NCBI GenBank assembly: GCA_050084985.1
Contig: JBITNC010000001.1
Span: forward strand, 17,484,001 to 17,548,000
DNA: 64,000 nucleotides
Source: Nageia nagi
Lineage: Eukaryota; Plantae; Pinophyta
Reading direction: 5' to 3'
In this document: piece after piece, positions 41,778-53,657 of the stretch
How positions within the stretch are numbered: the stretch's first letter is position 1
Layout of the letters: every line of letters begins with the position of its first letter
The notes under the pieces: generated by a model
Seen by the model: the letters and a program-made list of their open reading frames with translations, nothing else
The model's database searches: none
Told to the model about the DNA's origin: nothing
Translations under genes and position numbers: made by a program

Positions 41778-41923
41778 AGTATTTTTCATTGTGCAAATGC
41801 AGGATTATCAGTAATTATAAAATCCAAATGCCAGAGTCAAATTAGACTGCAAAAATGCTTCTTCTACCAATAAAAAATCAAAACCTACACTGATAATCCT
41901 GCATTTGCACAAGGGGAAATGCT
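41778..41923 (+). other. Long inverted repeat / candidate hairpin RNA
   Basis: TTGTGCAAATGCAGGATTATCAGT (41789-41812) is the exact reverse complement of 41889-41912. The stem extends outward by ~10 more pairs, including three G:U, on the + strand. Confidence 0.6.
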
Positions 41924-42364
41924 TTCAGATTTTTCGACCACTCAATTGAGCCAAAACATTTTTAAAAACCTGAAATGAATGTAAAATAATTCTACAAGCT
42001 CCACAGGACATGGTGACAAGGCAGAGTAATATCATGCTGATGACCCAAGTTCAAGCTCTGATAGGCACAACAAGCAGCTGTACTCCCCATGTAAAAGAGA
42101 TCACCAAATCATATTCAAGGTCAGATAAGCCAGCAAGTATATCTGATATCAGCAAAGCAGTTCAAATAATGATACATACATCCTGGGGCTTGAACACCCC
42201 AATTACAGTATACAAGGTGTATTAGTGTTGAAAAATAATCACTAAAAACCTACAAACTACAGTACATGGTCCAAATGCAACCAGTGCTCTTACAAAAATA
42301 TGTTGTTGCCAATAAAATGCCCAGCACTGTCTAGGCAGAGCATCTGCTAAATTACATCCACAGA

Positions 42365-45300
42365 TTAAAGGTAACTTTCCATGGATCCATCACATGATTC
42401 TGCTATCTCTTCATATAAATTCCTTGGTTTTGTTGGTGTTTTCTCCTCTTTCTCATCAATGTCAAAATACTTGAAATGGCAAAGTTGTTTACCAGCTTCA
42501 TCTGCAAAGATCAGTTTTCTTTGTTGCTTGTGCTGTTCACTTGAGAGACTAGGTCTTTTGTCAAAAGGCGTTTTCTGCCAATCAAGAAACTGTATTAGCA
42601 AATGGAATATTCTTCCAGAATCATAACAGAGACAATGTTTGTTAATTATTCACCATACCATGATTTGACAAAAACGATTGCAATCCCGCAACATCATGGC
42701 AATCCATTTTTTTGTTGTTTCCTCAACTTCTAAAGCACTACAAGTAGCTGTTTTGATCTGTTAACGTATCAGAGTCCGATGTAAGAAGTATGGTTAAAAA
42801 CTTAAATATATCCATTACATGGATTGGGTTTTATTGCACATGATATATTAAAGCATGTCCCAGGAACAAAAGAAGAGATAAACACTAACTCTATTAAATA
42901 AAAATAAATAGATTCAACTATATTGCACATATATCAAAAACATGTCCCACTTGGAGAATGAGAGTAACACTGCCTCTTGTAACTATACTAGAAGAAAAAT
43001 AACCAAATTGTCCACAAATTTGAACCAAAACAACTGGCATAGAAATACCACGAAATACCTCATCTGCTGTGAACTGATCTGCTTCAGGATCTAACTTTCT
43101 TTCCACAATAGTTCGCATTGAACTTAATTCTCTCATAAGGTTTGTTGCTAAAGCCTCTATATCACGCATCTGACGCAATGAAAATTCACTTGCTTTATCA
43201 GCTCTGACTTTTATTGTAGAACATATGTCACATTTACATGCTGTCAGGCAGACAACACCAGGGGACTTGAGAATGCCTTTGATGGATGGAGAAGGAAAAA
43301 CTCCTCTGTGGTTTCCTGTGTAACTAGTTTCTGGTGTTTTTCTCTGTGATAGAGGAGCAGATTGAATGCCATTAGAACTAGTTACTTCAGAGGCATGATG
43401 AAGAAGACGTGATTGGGGACTTTTAGGCTGCAGAATGGGGGAATTCCATCGCCGCGTTGCACTTTTAATGAAATGGGACTCTGAGCCCTTGACATCTGGG
43501 CTTTGAAAAGCAAAATTCATAGGATCTGGATTTTGAAATGTAAAGCCCTCGTCTATACTTTGAAAAGCAAAGTCCTTTATATTAGCATCACATGACTCAG
43601 GAACCATATCTATTTTGTTTGTGGTGTCTGATTCAGTTTCCTGAAATTGACTTCCTGCCATGATTCATTGCCAAAATGATGTTAGGTGCTCATTGAAAAA
43701 TCCAAATTAATATGAAAAAAGCATTCTCCATACATTATTCCGAAATAGTCAATTTCAAAACTACTCACCTGAAGGTGGAGACTTTGAGAAAACACGTAGT
43801 AAATCTTCAATTTGAAGTCTTTTAATATAAGGGGACCCTGAACGCTTAACATCTGGACTTTGAAAAGTAAAACCCTTCAAATTAGAATCGCATGATTCAG
43901 AAACTGCAACCATTTTGTCTGTTGTATCTTTCTTACTTTCATGAGATGCATTTCCTGCCATAGTTGAATACCACAATGCTGTAAGTTAGCTATAAATAAC
44001 TCCAAATTAACACAGAGACACACTCTTAATATGGCTTCTCCAAGTTTTGAACATAAATAGTACTCACCTGCAGGTGGTGACTTTGTGAAAGCACGCTTAA
44101 AATCTTCCACCTGAAGTCTTTTGATATAAGGGGGCCCTGAGCACCTAATATCTGGACTTCGCAAAGTAAATCCCTTTGAATTAGAAATATATGGTTCAGA
44201 TACAATGTCCATTTTGTCTATGGCATCTTGCCTGATTTCTTGAGATAGACTTCCTGCCATAAATTTATTACCCAGATGCTATTAGTTGGTTATAAAAAGC
44301 AGAAACTAAATCTTAAAAGCACTTCCAACACAATGAGATAACTTCCTGCTGTATTACCCAGATGTTATTAGTTTAATAAAAAACCAAACTACAATTGTAA
44401 AAGGACAACACGATATCTTTAAATTGTCAACAAAAAAGAACAATCACCTGCAGGTGATGACTTCACAAAAGCACATGTAAAATCCACATCCTCTTGAAGC
44501 TTTTTTTGTGAGATTGGAGTCACAGCCTGCATAAATAGGATATGAGAGCAACTGAACAGTGTTTTCTCATATCGAAAGAGAGCATAAGATGAGTCAAAAT
44601 AAAAAATAATTATTGTGTGTTCCTTGCCTTTCTGACAGAAGGCAGCTTTGTTGATTGTTGCTGAAAGACATCAGCACATTCAGCCTGATCTATATCAAGA
44701 CTTTCTGTTGCATGGAGATCAGCACTTACAGTTGATATATTGTTAACATCAACAACAGATATTGCAATTGGACTTTCCAGGTGAGAACTTCCATGCAAAT
44801 ACTCATCCTTATTAACAGGATATTTATCTTCAGGTAGATCAACAAAATTAGAATTTGGATTATCAATAGTGGATACATTCACCTTAAATTGGTTCACCTT
44901 GACTCTTGATGAAGATAGTTTTAGTTTAGCTCCGGGTGAAAAAGATCTACATTGATATAAATTGAGATTTTCTTCAGATGGAACCAACAAATTGCAATTG
45001 TTTAGTTCAGATACAGAAGCAAATGCTTGAGCATCCATGGTTGGATCATTTGTGAGCCTCTGATGGCTTCTTGCACCTGTTTCAAGGACATAATCAACTA
45101 AATCAGGCACCACCTGTAAAGTCAATTTATCAGACACACTTTCAGATGTATGCCTTTTACCTGCAATATGATCCAATTCTGCTGCAGTATTGTGGCAGTC
45201 AACCACCACAATAGGACTCTTGGGCAAATCTATTTCTCTTTCAGTATATGATCTACCTGAGCCTTTTGAAGGAGTTATCTTTGCAAATTTACCTGTATTT

Positions 45301-46916
45301 GCTGATTCAGTTATATCTTGCATTTCTTTGTTATCTACTTGAGAACTACATGAACTTCCTGCACATCCTGAAGATAAAACTTTCTGACTAGAATTCTCTG
45401 GATTCGTTAAATTAGATATACCTTGAAGTTCTTGGGCATTTACTTGAACACCAAAACATCCTTGCACCAGATGTGAACTACTCCTTTGAGATTTAAGCCT
45501 ACTTGTCTTTTGTTGCCAACATGCTAATGTTTCCTCTTTAGTGAGAACAAAAGTTTCATCTGGTTGAATTTCCATTCTTCCCTTTTTAGACATATTCATC
45601 TTCTTCTTGGAGGGAATTTCATCTACATCTGTTTTCACATTTTCTTCTTCAGTTTTCAAACTCTTGTTTCCAGGCCTATTCCTCCTGTTGCGAGGTGTTT
45701 CCTCAACATCAGTTTTCACATTTTCTTCTTCAATTTTCAAAGTCTTGTTTCGAGGCATATTCCTCCTTTTGCGAGAGGGTGTTTCCTCAACATCAGTTTC
45801 CACATGTGCCTCTTCAACATTCACACTTCCCTTTTCAAGCTTATCCATCCTTTCCTTGGCGGAGACTTCCTCTGCATCAAGTTTCACAATTTCCTCATTT
45901 TTCAAAATTTCACATTCAGACCTATTACTCTTGTTGGAGGAGGTTTCCACTTTAATTTCCAACCTTACATTTTCAGATAGGAATTCTATTGCATCAGCTT
46001 TCACAATTTCCTCTTCAGTTTTCATGCTTTTCATTTCAAACAAATTACCCCCCTGCATGGAGGAAATTTCCTCTGTATCATATTTAGCATGTTCCTCTTC
46101 ACTTTTCATACTTTCTATTTTAGACATTCTCCTCTTTTTTCTAGAGGAGATTTCCACTGCATCAATTTTAACACTTCCCTTTCCAGACCTATTCCTGGAG
46201 TGTACTTCCACATCATTTTTCGTGTTTTCCTCTTCAAGTTGCATCTTCCTCTTCCTTAATGCCATTGCACTAGAGTCCATGCTAGATAACATATTTCCAT
46301 TGGAATCAAATTCAAGATCACCACTTGTGTTTTTAGTAGTCAAAATATTGCAATCTTTCAGATGTTTTGAAGGAAAACATTTTGCCTTTTTCTTCACATT
46401 TTTCATATACTCTATCAAAGTCATTTCCTTTACTTCACCAACTTCGTCACTGGAGGTTTCTTGTGTGTTCTTTGAAGAACTGACAGCATCAGCAACACTA
46501 CTATGAATATCATGTTTGAATTCTTGGGCATGGTTTACATCACATGCATTCTTTTTTCTTACGCTTTTAAAAGCTTGTGATTCATTAACTGATATTTTAT
46601 TGCTTAATTTCATTGTGCTTTTGATTTTGGTTTGGGATGTTTCATTTTTCTGTTTCCTTGTTCCACATCTTGGTGTGAGTTTTTTTATGCCCAATACATC
46701 ATGCAATGCCTTAACTTTTATAACAGATGTTTCAGCATCATTTGGTAAATTCACCACGTTTCCATTTCTAACTGTTTTCAGGTGATAGCTGCCATTGAGT
46801 GGCTCTAATTCACTTAAGGCATTACTCTGTTCAGAAGGAGATGGACAAACCTTGTTCAAACATTTTGGCCTTTTCCTGGGGGTTTTATCTGACTGAACAA
46901 CATCTTTGGAACACAT
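42365..46916 (-). CDS. Uncharacterised large, mostly disordered plant protein (~1219 aa) with a conserved-looking C-terminal module; coding exons 46916-44628, 44526-44448, 44253-44068, 43954-43769, 43654-43059, 42757-42659, 42589(or 42574)-42365
   Basis: All junctions keep frame (phases 0,1,1,1,0,0). Motifs include KLPSVRK/AVTPISQKKL, KGILK..CxxxCxCxxC, AxEFSxRQMRDIE, RDCNRFCQIM and RKLIFADEAGKQLCH. Probable 5'UTR exons at ~47997-47732 and from 48269 upward. Confidence 0.85.
45590..46240 (-). repeat. Coding tandem repeat, ~27-28 aa unit (EEENVKTDVEETPxRKRR...), about 7-8 degenerate copies
   Basis: Visible in the 768-aa ORF translation and as repeated ttttcacattttcttcttc in DNA. Confidence 0.85.
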
Positions 46917-48406
46917 CCTTTTAATAAGGATGGATTGAAGAAACCAGTTGGACTATCTGCAGCATGGAACTAAACAAATGCAACTAATTCAGTATCATCA
47001 AGTAAAAATTGAAAGGATATAGTCTACCAGTCAATCACATGTAATGATATAACACATCATTTTATCAGTATAAAACTGTTTGACTCCAAAAGGCACTCAT
47101 TTTGGATTAACAGAAAAGAAAATCGAAACCCAAACTCAATGCCAGAGAAAAGGAAACCTAAATGGCACTCACCTTGATGTATCATTATGTTAATGAGAAA
47201 AGGCTTCCAGTATACAAAAACTAAAATGCACAGCCAATGAATGACAAAAGGAACACCTATGAGCCACAAAGACCTACAAGCTACTAGTATGTCTATTATC
47301 AGGTGATGACAAACTATGTGGTAAACAAGACTGAAAATTCAAGCTCAATGAGGGATTAAAGGAACCCTTCAAGGAAATTTCATAACATTACAAACAATTA
47401 CACAATGACCAGATAAGTCGGCAATAAAAAACACTACATACAATAAGACATCTGATTATGTAGATTGTGGTTTCAACATCTGATTCATTTTGCAAAAGAA
47501 GAAGACAGATAAAAGCACATAAACATTCAACCAGCAAATTAATGGTTCCACACTAGAGGGTGCTTTACAGCATAGCCCAGAGAGCCGGACTAGCATTTTA
47601 TGGATAATAAGTTGATCTCTAAACAGAAAGCTAAAAGTACAAAATAATAAAAAGAAAGGATCCAAAACCATAAGAAGTCAACTTGCAGTTTGAAGTCTTT
47701 AGAAACAAATAAGTATGTGGGATCAAAATACCTGGGCTGGATTGCTCGTTAAATTTCATGCATATTCTACATTCAGGTCTTACTTTCCAAGGTTATTGGA
47801 CACTCGGATATCACATCTCTAAGTTTTACTTTCCAATATTGTTGGATATATCAAAATCATATATCTAGATGTTCCTCTTCCTTTACTAGGGTAGTGGAGA
47901 TTGACAAAGATGGTAATCAAAAACTACTTTTTTCTACTTCAAAGTTTTTCTTGAGCAACAATGCAAAGCCCCGATGCCAAAGCCATCAATGCAAGCTCTG
48001 AAAACCCTAAAACATAAAACCCCTTTACGGATTCAAAGTATATCCACAAAACCCTAAGTCCAAAAATATCAGTTCACTCTAAATCAAACCATTTAAGCAT
48101 CAAAGCATGCAGTTCATCTCATAATCTAAACTAACATATCCCTTAAAACAGCCATTAAAAACCACTAAATACTCTGGAATGCAATAATTACAGTTCGGGA
48201 GCCTCTGTTCTCTGAAACATGAGTCAAAAAATCTCAAAAAAACATCCATTTCATAGGAAAAACTTACCAGAAATGAATTCCGGATCGCCAGACAAGCCGA
48301 CGTTCAAAATTAAATATTTATGGAGGATCGAGTGGAGCATTTGATGAATTGTTGCAAAAAAGCGAAAATGTTTTACATAAATATGAATATCATTGAAGGG
48401 TTATAA

Positions 48407-48429
48407 GCGCGAAAAGATATGGCGGGAAA
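48407..48429 (-). promoter_or_regulatory. Paired E2F binding sites upstream of the minus-strand gene
   Basis: TTTCCCGCC (48429-48421) and TTTCGCGC (48414-48407) both fit TTTSSCGS. They lie ~140 bp upstream of the first donor (48268) in a locally CpG-retaining patch. Confidence 0.7.
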
Positions 48430-49339
48430 TGCCCTATCCTATCTGGCTTAACAAATTAAGGTTTTAAATGTTTTTGAGTTTAATTATTGGGTAGTTATGT
48501 GGGAATCCCAGGCTTTGAATTGCTGATGTGGCATTATTACAAATTCACTTTTGCTAACATGGTATTGTTAAAAAAACAAATTAATATAATAATTTAAAGA
48601 TTTTGTGTAGAAATTTGTGAAATAATATAATAAAAAAAATTAAATTAAATTTGAAGACTTTGTGTAGAAAAGTAGAAAAATTAATAAATTAATTAAATAT
48701 AAACAGTATTTGTGTAGTAAATGCTCCATTCAAACATTACTTATCTTTTTAAAAAAAAAAAAATTGAACAAAATTGTGTGTATGTATTTATATTGATTAT
48801 TGTTATGTTATTGTAGACGTCTTAAAGAGTCATTTTTTTTATATATTGAATTTTTTTTCTTATTAATCACTATGTTCTTTTGGTATTATTGTATTGCATT
48901 TTTTAAAAATGTGTATCGTTTTATTAAAATGAGTTCCATTCAATTATTTGATATTAATTTATAGATCAAGCGTTGATTTTATTAGAAAAATGTTGACTAT
49001 TACATTTATTGAGAGATATTAAAGTATATTTAATAAATGTTCACATTTTATGTGAAGAGACTCAACTTTTGTCATTAGTTTAGAAATAATATAATCCTAT
49101 AATCTAATATCAATAAAAGCTATAAATCCTTTAATTTGACAATGCATGACAACATTTATTCATCTAATACATTAAGATTTATTCTTTACTTAACAAGTTT
49201 GATTGCTACCAAGGAGGCTTCGTTCATCAAAATATGTCCTCTTGAATGTAAACTAAGTTTTGTAACAACCTTGTGTTGTTTGTCAACTTATAAGTATTTG
49301 CGAATATGAAAAATATGTTTTTAACTAATATTTACTATG

Positions 49340-49620
49340 TATGTATATAGATTGATGATTAACTAATGTTGCGGTTAAAATATTTTATCATGTAATCCAA
49401 CAATTATGGTTATATCATATGGATTAGTTGAAATTCTTATGCCTATATAAAAGCCACTTTTAGCCACTCATTGTATCAAGTTATGTTGATCATGACATAT
49501 TATGATGATCATTTAGGGATTAATCATGCACTCCCTTATTCTTATGTATGTTTTTTCTTTTGTATTTTACCGTTTTATCTTACTTTTTATGAAATTATAT
49601 TGTGTTTGAATCTTGACAAA
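49340..49620 (+). mobile_element. LTR fragment related to the LTR at 34459-34928
   Basis: Shared tgtaatccaacaattatgg...cacttttagcca block (49391-49466 versus 34689-34763). Confidence 0.65.
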
Positions 49621-51575
49621 TCTTGTGCAATTTGTTATGGTGTTATAGTTATTAGGGATTCACTAAGTTATGATCCCAAGTATAACTCATTTGTTGTTAC
49701 TACTCTACACTCTTCTTCAAGCTCCAAGGAAAGATCTCATGCTTGCCTTGTGGCCACATGATGTTCATCTCCTTATATAAGATCTTTCTTGAAACCTACA
49801 TTATAGCTTTATAAAAAATCTTTATTATTCCTTATTCAATGTATGTGGACTTTCAATAGGTTTGAAAACTCCCTCAATTCCTATGTGATGCTTCTCTAGT
49901 TCTAACATATACTTACAAATGTTCAATGTCAAATAATTAATAATGACCTCTCCCTTAACATGACTTCAGGGTTAATGTGTTCTCAGTCAATTTTGAGTGG
50001 ATTGGTTTTAATGGAGTCACCTAATATAGGAACCCCTTGAAATGCCTAATCAGCTAGTAGGTAAATTGTAATGTCAACAAGCTTCCTTGTGTATTCCTCT
50101 TTAGGATTCTTGTCACTCTTAAATCCCCCACCCAATGGTATCTCATGCCCATCCACAATCCAACAATGTCAGATGGGTGAAGACATGATGGTGATTCATT
50201 CAAAACAAAAAAAAAGGTGATGCATGTTAGAATTTGTAATGAAATATTGTGAATATCTAAACTCCTTATAAATTCAATTAATCACTTAAAGGATATTTAG
50301 ATACCTTAAGGGATTAATTGAATTCTTTATTATGTAAACTTTGACCTTACCATGTGGTTAGTTGGTAGGTTAAAGTTAGGTAATATATTTATTGTTACCC
50401 TAACCTACCCTTAGGTCAAAGGGAGGTTAGGGAGGTGCTCTCATGCTATAAATAGAGGGCTTCTCCTCTTGTAATACAACTTAGATTTTGAGTAAGATTA
50501 CTCTACTAGTTTGTGTAGGAGAGAAAGGAATTGTAGTAAGAGGGTGCATAGTTTGAGAATTGAGATCTAGTTGTGGATGTACTCTCAAGGAGGGAGGAAC
50601 CACTTATATTGGTGTTATCTTATGTGAATGGTGTTATTAGCTTGTAGATGTTGAATGATTAAGTTTCCTATAGTCTTGGACCTTGAGGATTAGTGTAGAA
50701 CTACCTCCATCAATTGGTATCAGAGCTTGGTGTGGAAGCTCCTTCAACATTCTTTGAAACTTCTTCAATTTGGAGGTCTCCATTTCTCATCTTCTTACGT
50801 TGTTGAGGTAAAACATAATAGAAGGTATACATTTTTTACCTTCTTGGTTAATTATTGAATAATTGTATTTTACTACTAACATATTGTGTGCTATATGTTG
50901 ACTATTGTTGAGCTAAATATGATTAACAATTTTTGATACTAACCTCTTTTGTGAATAGCTTGTTTTTGCAAATTGCTTATTTGCTCATTATTTAAGAGGA
51001 TAGTATACAAAAATTAAGTTGAGGAATTTTTTTATCTTATGGAGAAGATAATTTTTTTTAACCTTTTTGTTAATAAAATTGGAATTTCTTTCAATTTTAT
51101 TTGTGAGAAATAACTTCTTTTACTAGCACAAAGTAAAAAGGAGAGATATTATTATCTCAAATGTTTAATTTTTTTAAATTGTGTTGGTAAATTTATTTTG
51201 CAATTTATTGTACACCTTACAATATATCAAAAAGGGAGGGAGATTTATGATTACTAAGCTAATACTTTCACTTGAAATACATTATTATTTAACAAAAATT
51301 ATCTAAAACTTTATCTACAATAATTTTTGTTCATTTTTACAAAATAGTAATAAATTGAAGGTTTCAATTTCATTTTTACAAAATAGTAATAAATTGAAGG
51401 TTTCAATTTTTGAAAAGCTACAAGATAGGTTTGAAAACTTTTAGGGCCACTTTGGTTGAGTGCAGTGGCGGTCCCTACTGTAGCCCCCCTCTCCTCGTGA
51501 CGATGGTCTCCCTATCGTAGCCCCCCTTCTCGCGGTGGTGGTCTCCCTATCGCAGCCAAATTCAGCCTGGAGAAG

Positions 51576-51938
51576 ATGTCACGGGTTCGAACCCAAGAAA
51601 CTCCAACCGAAATCCCGTCGGAGCTACCGCTATGGCTGCGAATCTCATGCGAAATCCTTACATTCGTCAACGATCTCACCTGAAAAAAAAAGATGGCACT
51701 TTCAACTGGGGGATCATGAATTTGGTTAAATATAAATCCCCGCGAACCCTATCCTGGACCGCGGAGTTTCCACCAAAGACGTGGTTATAGACCCCAAAAC
51801 GGGCATTTGGGTTCGTATATTCCTACCAGAGATCGAGGGTTCAAATCTGCAGGCAGGGGAACCACTCCCTGTTGTGTTTTACTTCCACAATAGAGGATTC
51901 GTGTCCATGTCACCGATTTTTTCTTATATGATGTCTAC
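51576..51938 (+). pseudogene. Captured 5' fragment of a CXE18/GID1-like carboxylesterase (alpha/beta hydrolase) gene
   Basis: Repaired translation: MSRVRTQETPTEIPSELPLWLRISCEILTFVNDLT*KK/DGTFNWGIMNLVKYKS/ANPILDRGVSTKDVVIDPKTGIWVRIFLP...PLPVVFYFHNRGFVSMSP/..LYDVY. This matches the lid (RxDGTxNR), PANP, and PVxxxFHGGGF motifs. Confidence 0.88.
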
Positions 51939-53657
51939 TCTTCTCCTATGCAACCCTCTTCTCCTCCCTCTACATCTTCTCCTTGACATTGCTCTCCTTG
52001 TCTTAGAATAAAGTTGGAGTTTCCTTTTTTTTTCTTTGTGCATTTAATTTTTTTGTTGACTACTTGCATATTCTTAAATGCACATGCAAAGCAACGTTTA
52101 CTCCTTCTTGGTAAGGGAAGGGTAGCCATTTTTCTTACCTAAAAGCATTTATAACTTTGAGTGCTTAGGTAAAAGTAGCATTAACTATGCATGGGTCTCC
52201 TTCTTTTTCATTAATACTTGCAAGCTCTCTAGAAGCAAATATATCATGCTTTGGTAGGCATTTATTTTTTCTTTGCTTGCAAGCCATCTCCTTTATACAT
52301 TATGCATCATTACTCTTAAATGCTATTTTTTTTAGAAAAATGTGGCACATGGAGGATATTTTGGAGTATAATTTTTTTTCTCTAAGTATGGTAATTTACT
52401 TAGGTAAAACTTTTTTAGTAAAAATTTTTTTTGCTAAGGTAATCTAAGTATGCTATCTTTGAAGGATAAATATTTAAGTTAAGTATGCTATGCCTACTAA
52501 TTTTTTTTGGCATACAAGTTTTTTTTTTTGGATAAAACCTTAAAAGGGGGAGAATTTAGTGCCTTTTTTGAAGTCATTAAATGTCAAGTTTGTTAATGCT
52601 TAACTTATGCATTTTTTAATTCTCTAAATGCTTAAACTAATGTTAAAGTAGGACTTAAGCATTGTCTATGAATTCATGATTTATGCCAAATATGAATGGA
52701 CTTATTCATTAAATGTTAAGTTATGAATAAATCCTAGGCATTCTTTGCTAAGTGATTTATGGCATTTCTTTTTACTAGTCATGAGTAGGACTTAGAACAT
52801 TTAAAAATGAATTCATGCTAAGTATAGAACTTATGCAATTTTTTTTAAAAATTAATGAATGGATTAATGCTAAGTAGGACTTAGCCTTTTTAAATTCATT
52901 AAAGTGTTGAATGAATTTATGAACTTGAGCAAGTATGCAAAATGTAAAAATGTCCTTTAGGGGTTAGTACAAAACCCATTGGACTCTTATATTTCAAGTT
53001 CTTGTGGATGATGTATTTTTAATACTTTACTTTATATTTTTGCATAATTGCTTTATACTTGCAAAATGCAAAATATTGAAAGTAACCTCTAAAATGAACA
53101 CATCTGCACATACTTTTCCACAACATGACTTATTTGGGGAGCCACGAGGGGAGGACAAGGCAGACTGGAGCCTTTTTAGTCCGAAGAACCAAGTGGTGGT
53201 AAATCTATCTTAATTGCCCCTAAGACCTCTGTTGGATTGGACATAACTCTATTAGGTGGACAGGCATGTGTGTAGTGATACCACATGTTTGCACATCCAT
53301 TCAGGGATTATCCTGATAACCTAGGAGGAAAACTTGAAAACCTTAAACAAGATAATTAAAATGATCGATCCAAGATACGTCGGATCCTTGGAAAATAGTT
53401 GGTACTTCTCCTTGAGAGAGTATATTACTAACCAAGGTGAACTGGTTGAGGACTGGTAGTACTTGGGCTCCACTTTACGGGTATCCAGGTGAAGGCCTAA
53501 TTCTATACAAGAAAACAACCTCAACTTTATCCTTCTACGGATCTTGGTTTATAATTTTACACATGTGGGACATGTTTACTTATCAATGTTTGATTTGTAT
53601 AGATGGTAAATTGTAGAAATTTATTCATTCTTCTTGCTTATTTACTTTTGTGTAGCA

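Noticed and set aside
45564-46785. Plus-strand ORFs of 138, 299, 86 and 89 aa
   Set aside because: Antisense shadows of the E/K-rich repetitive 768-aa exon. They are Ser/Phe/Leu-rich with no domain or splice support.
51576-51938. Functional GID1 or CXE gene
   Set aside because: Premature stop, frameshifts, HGGG changed to HNRG, and truncation before the catalytic core. It cannot be assigned to GID1 versus CXE without a phylogeny.
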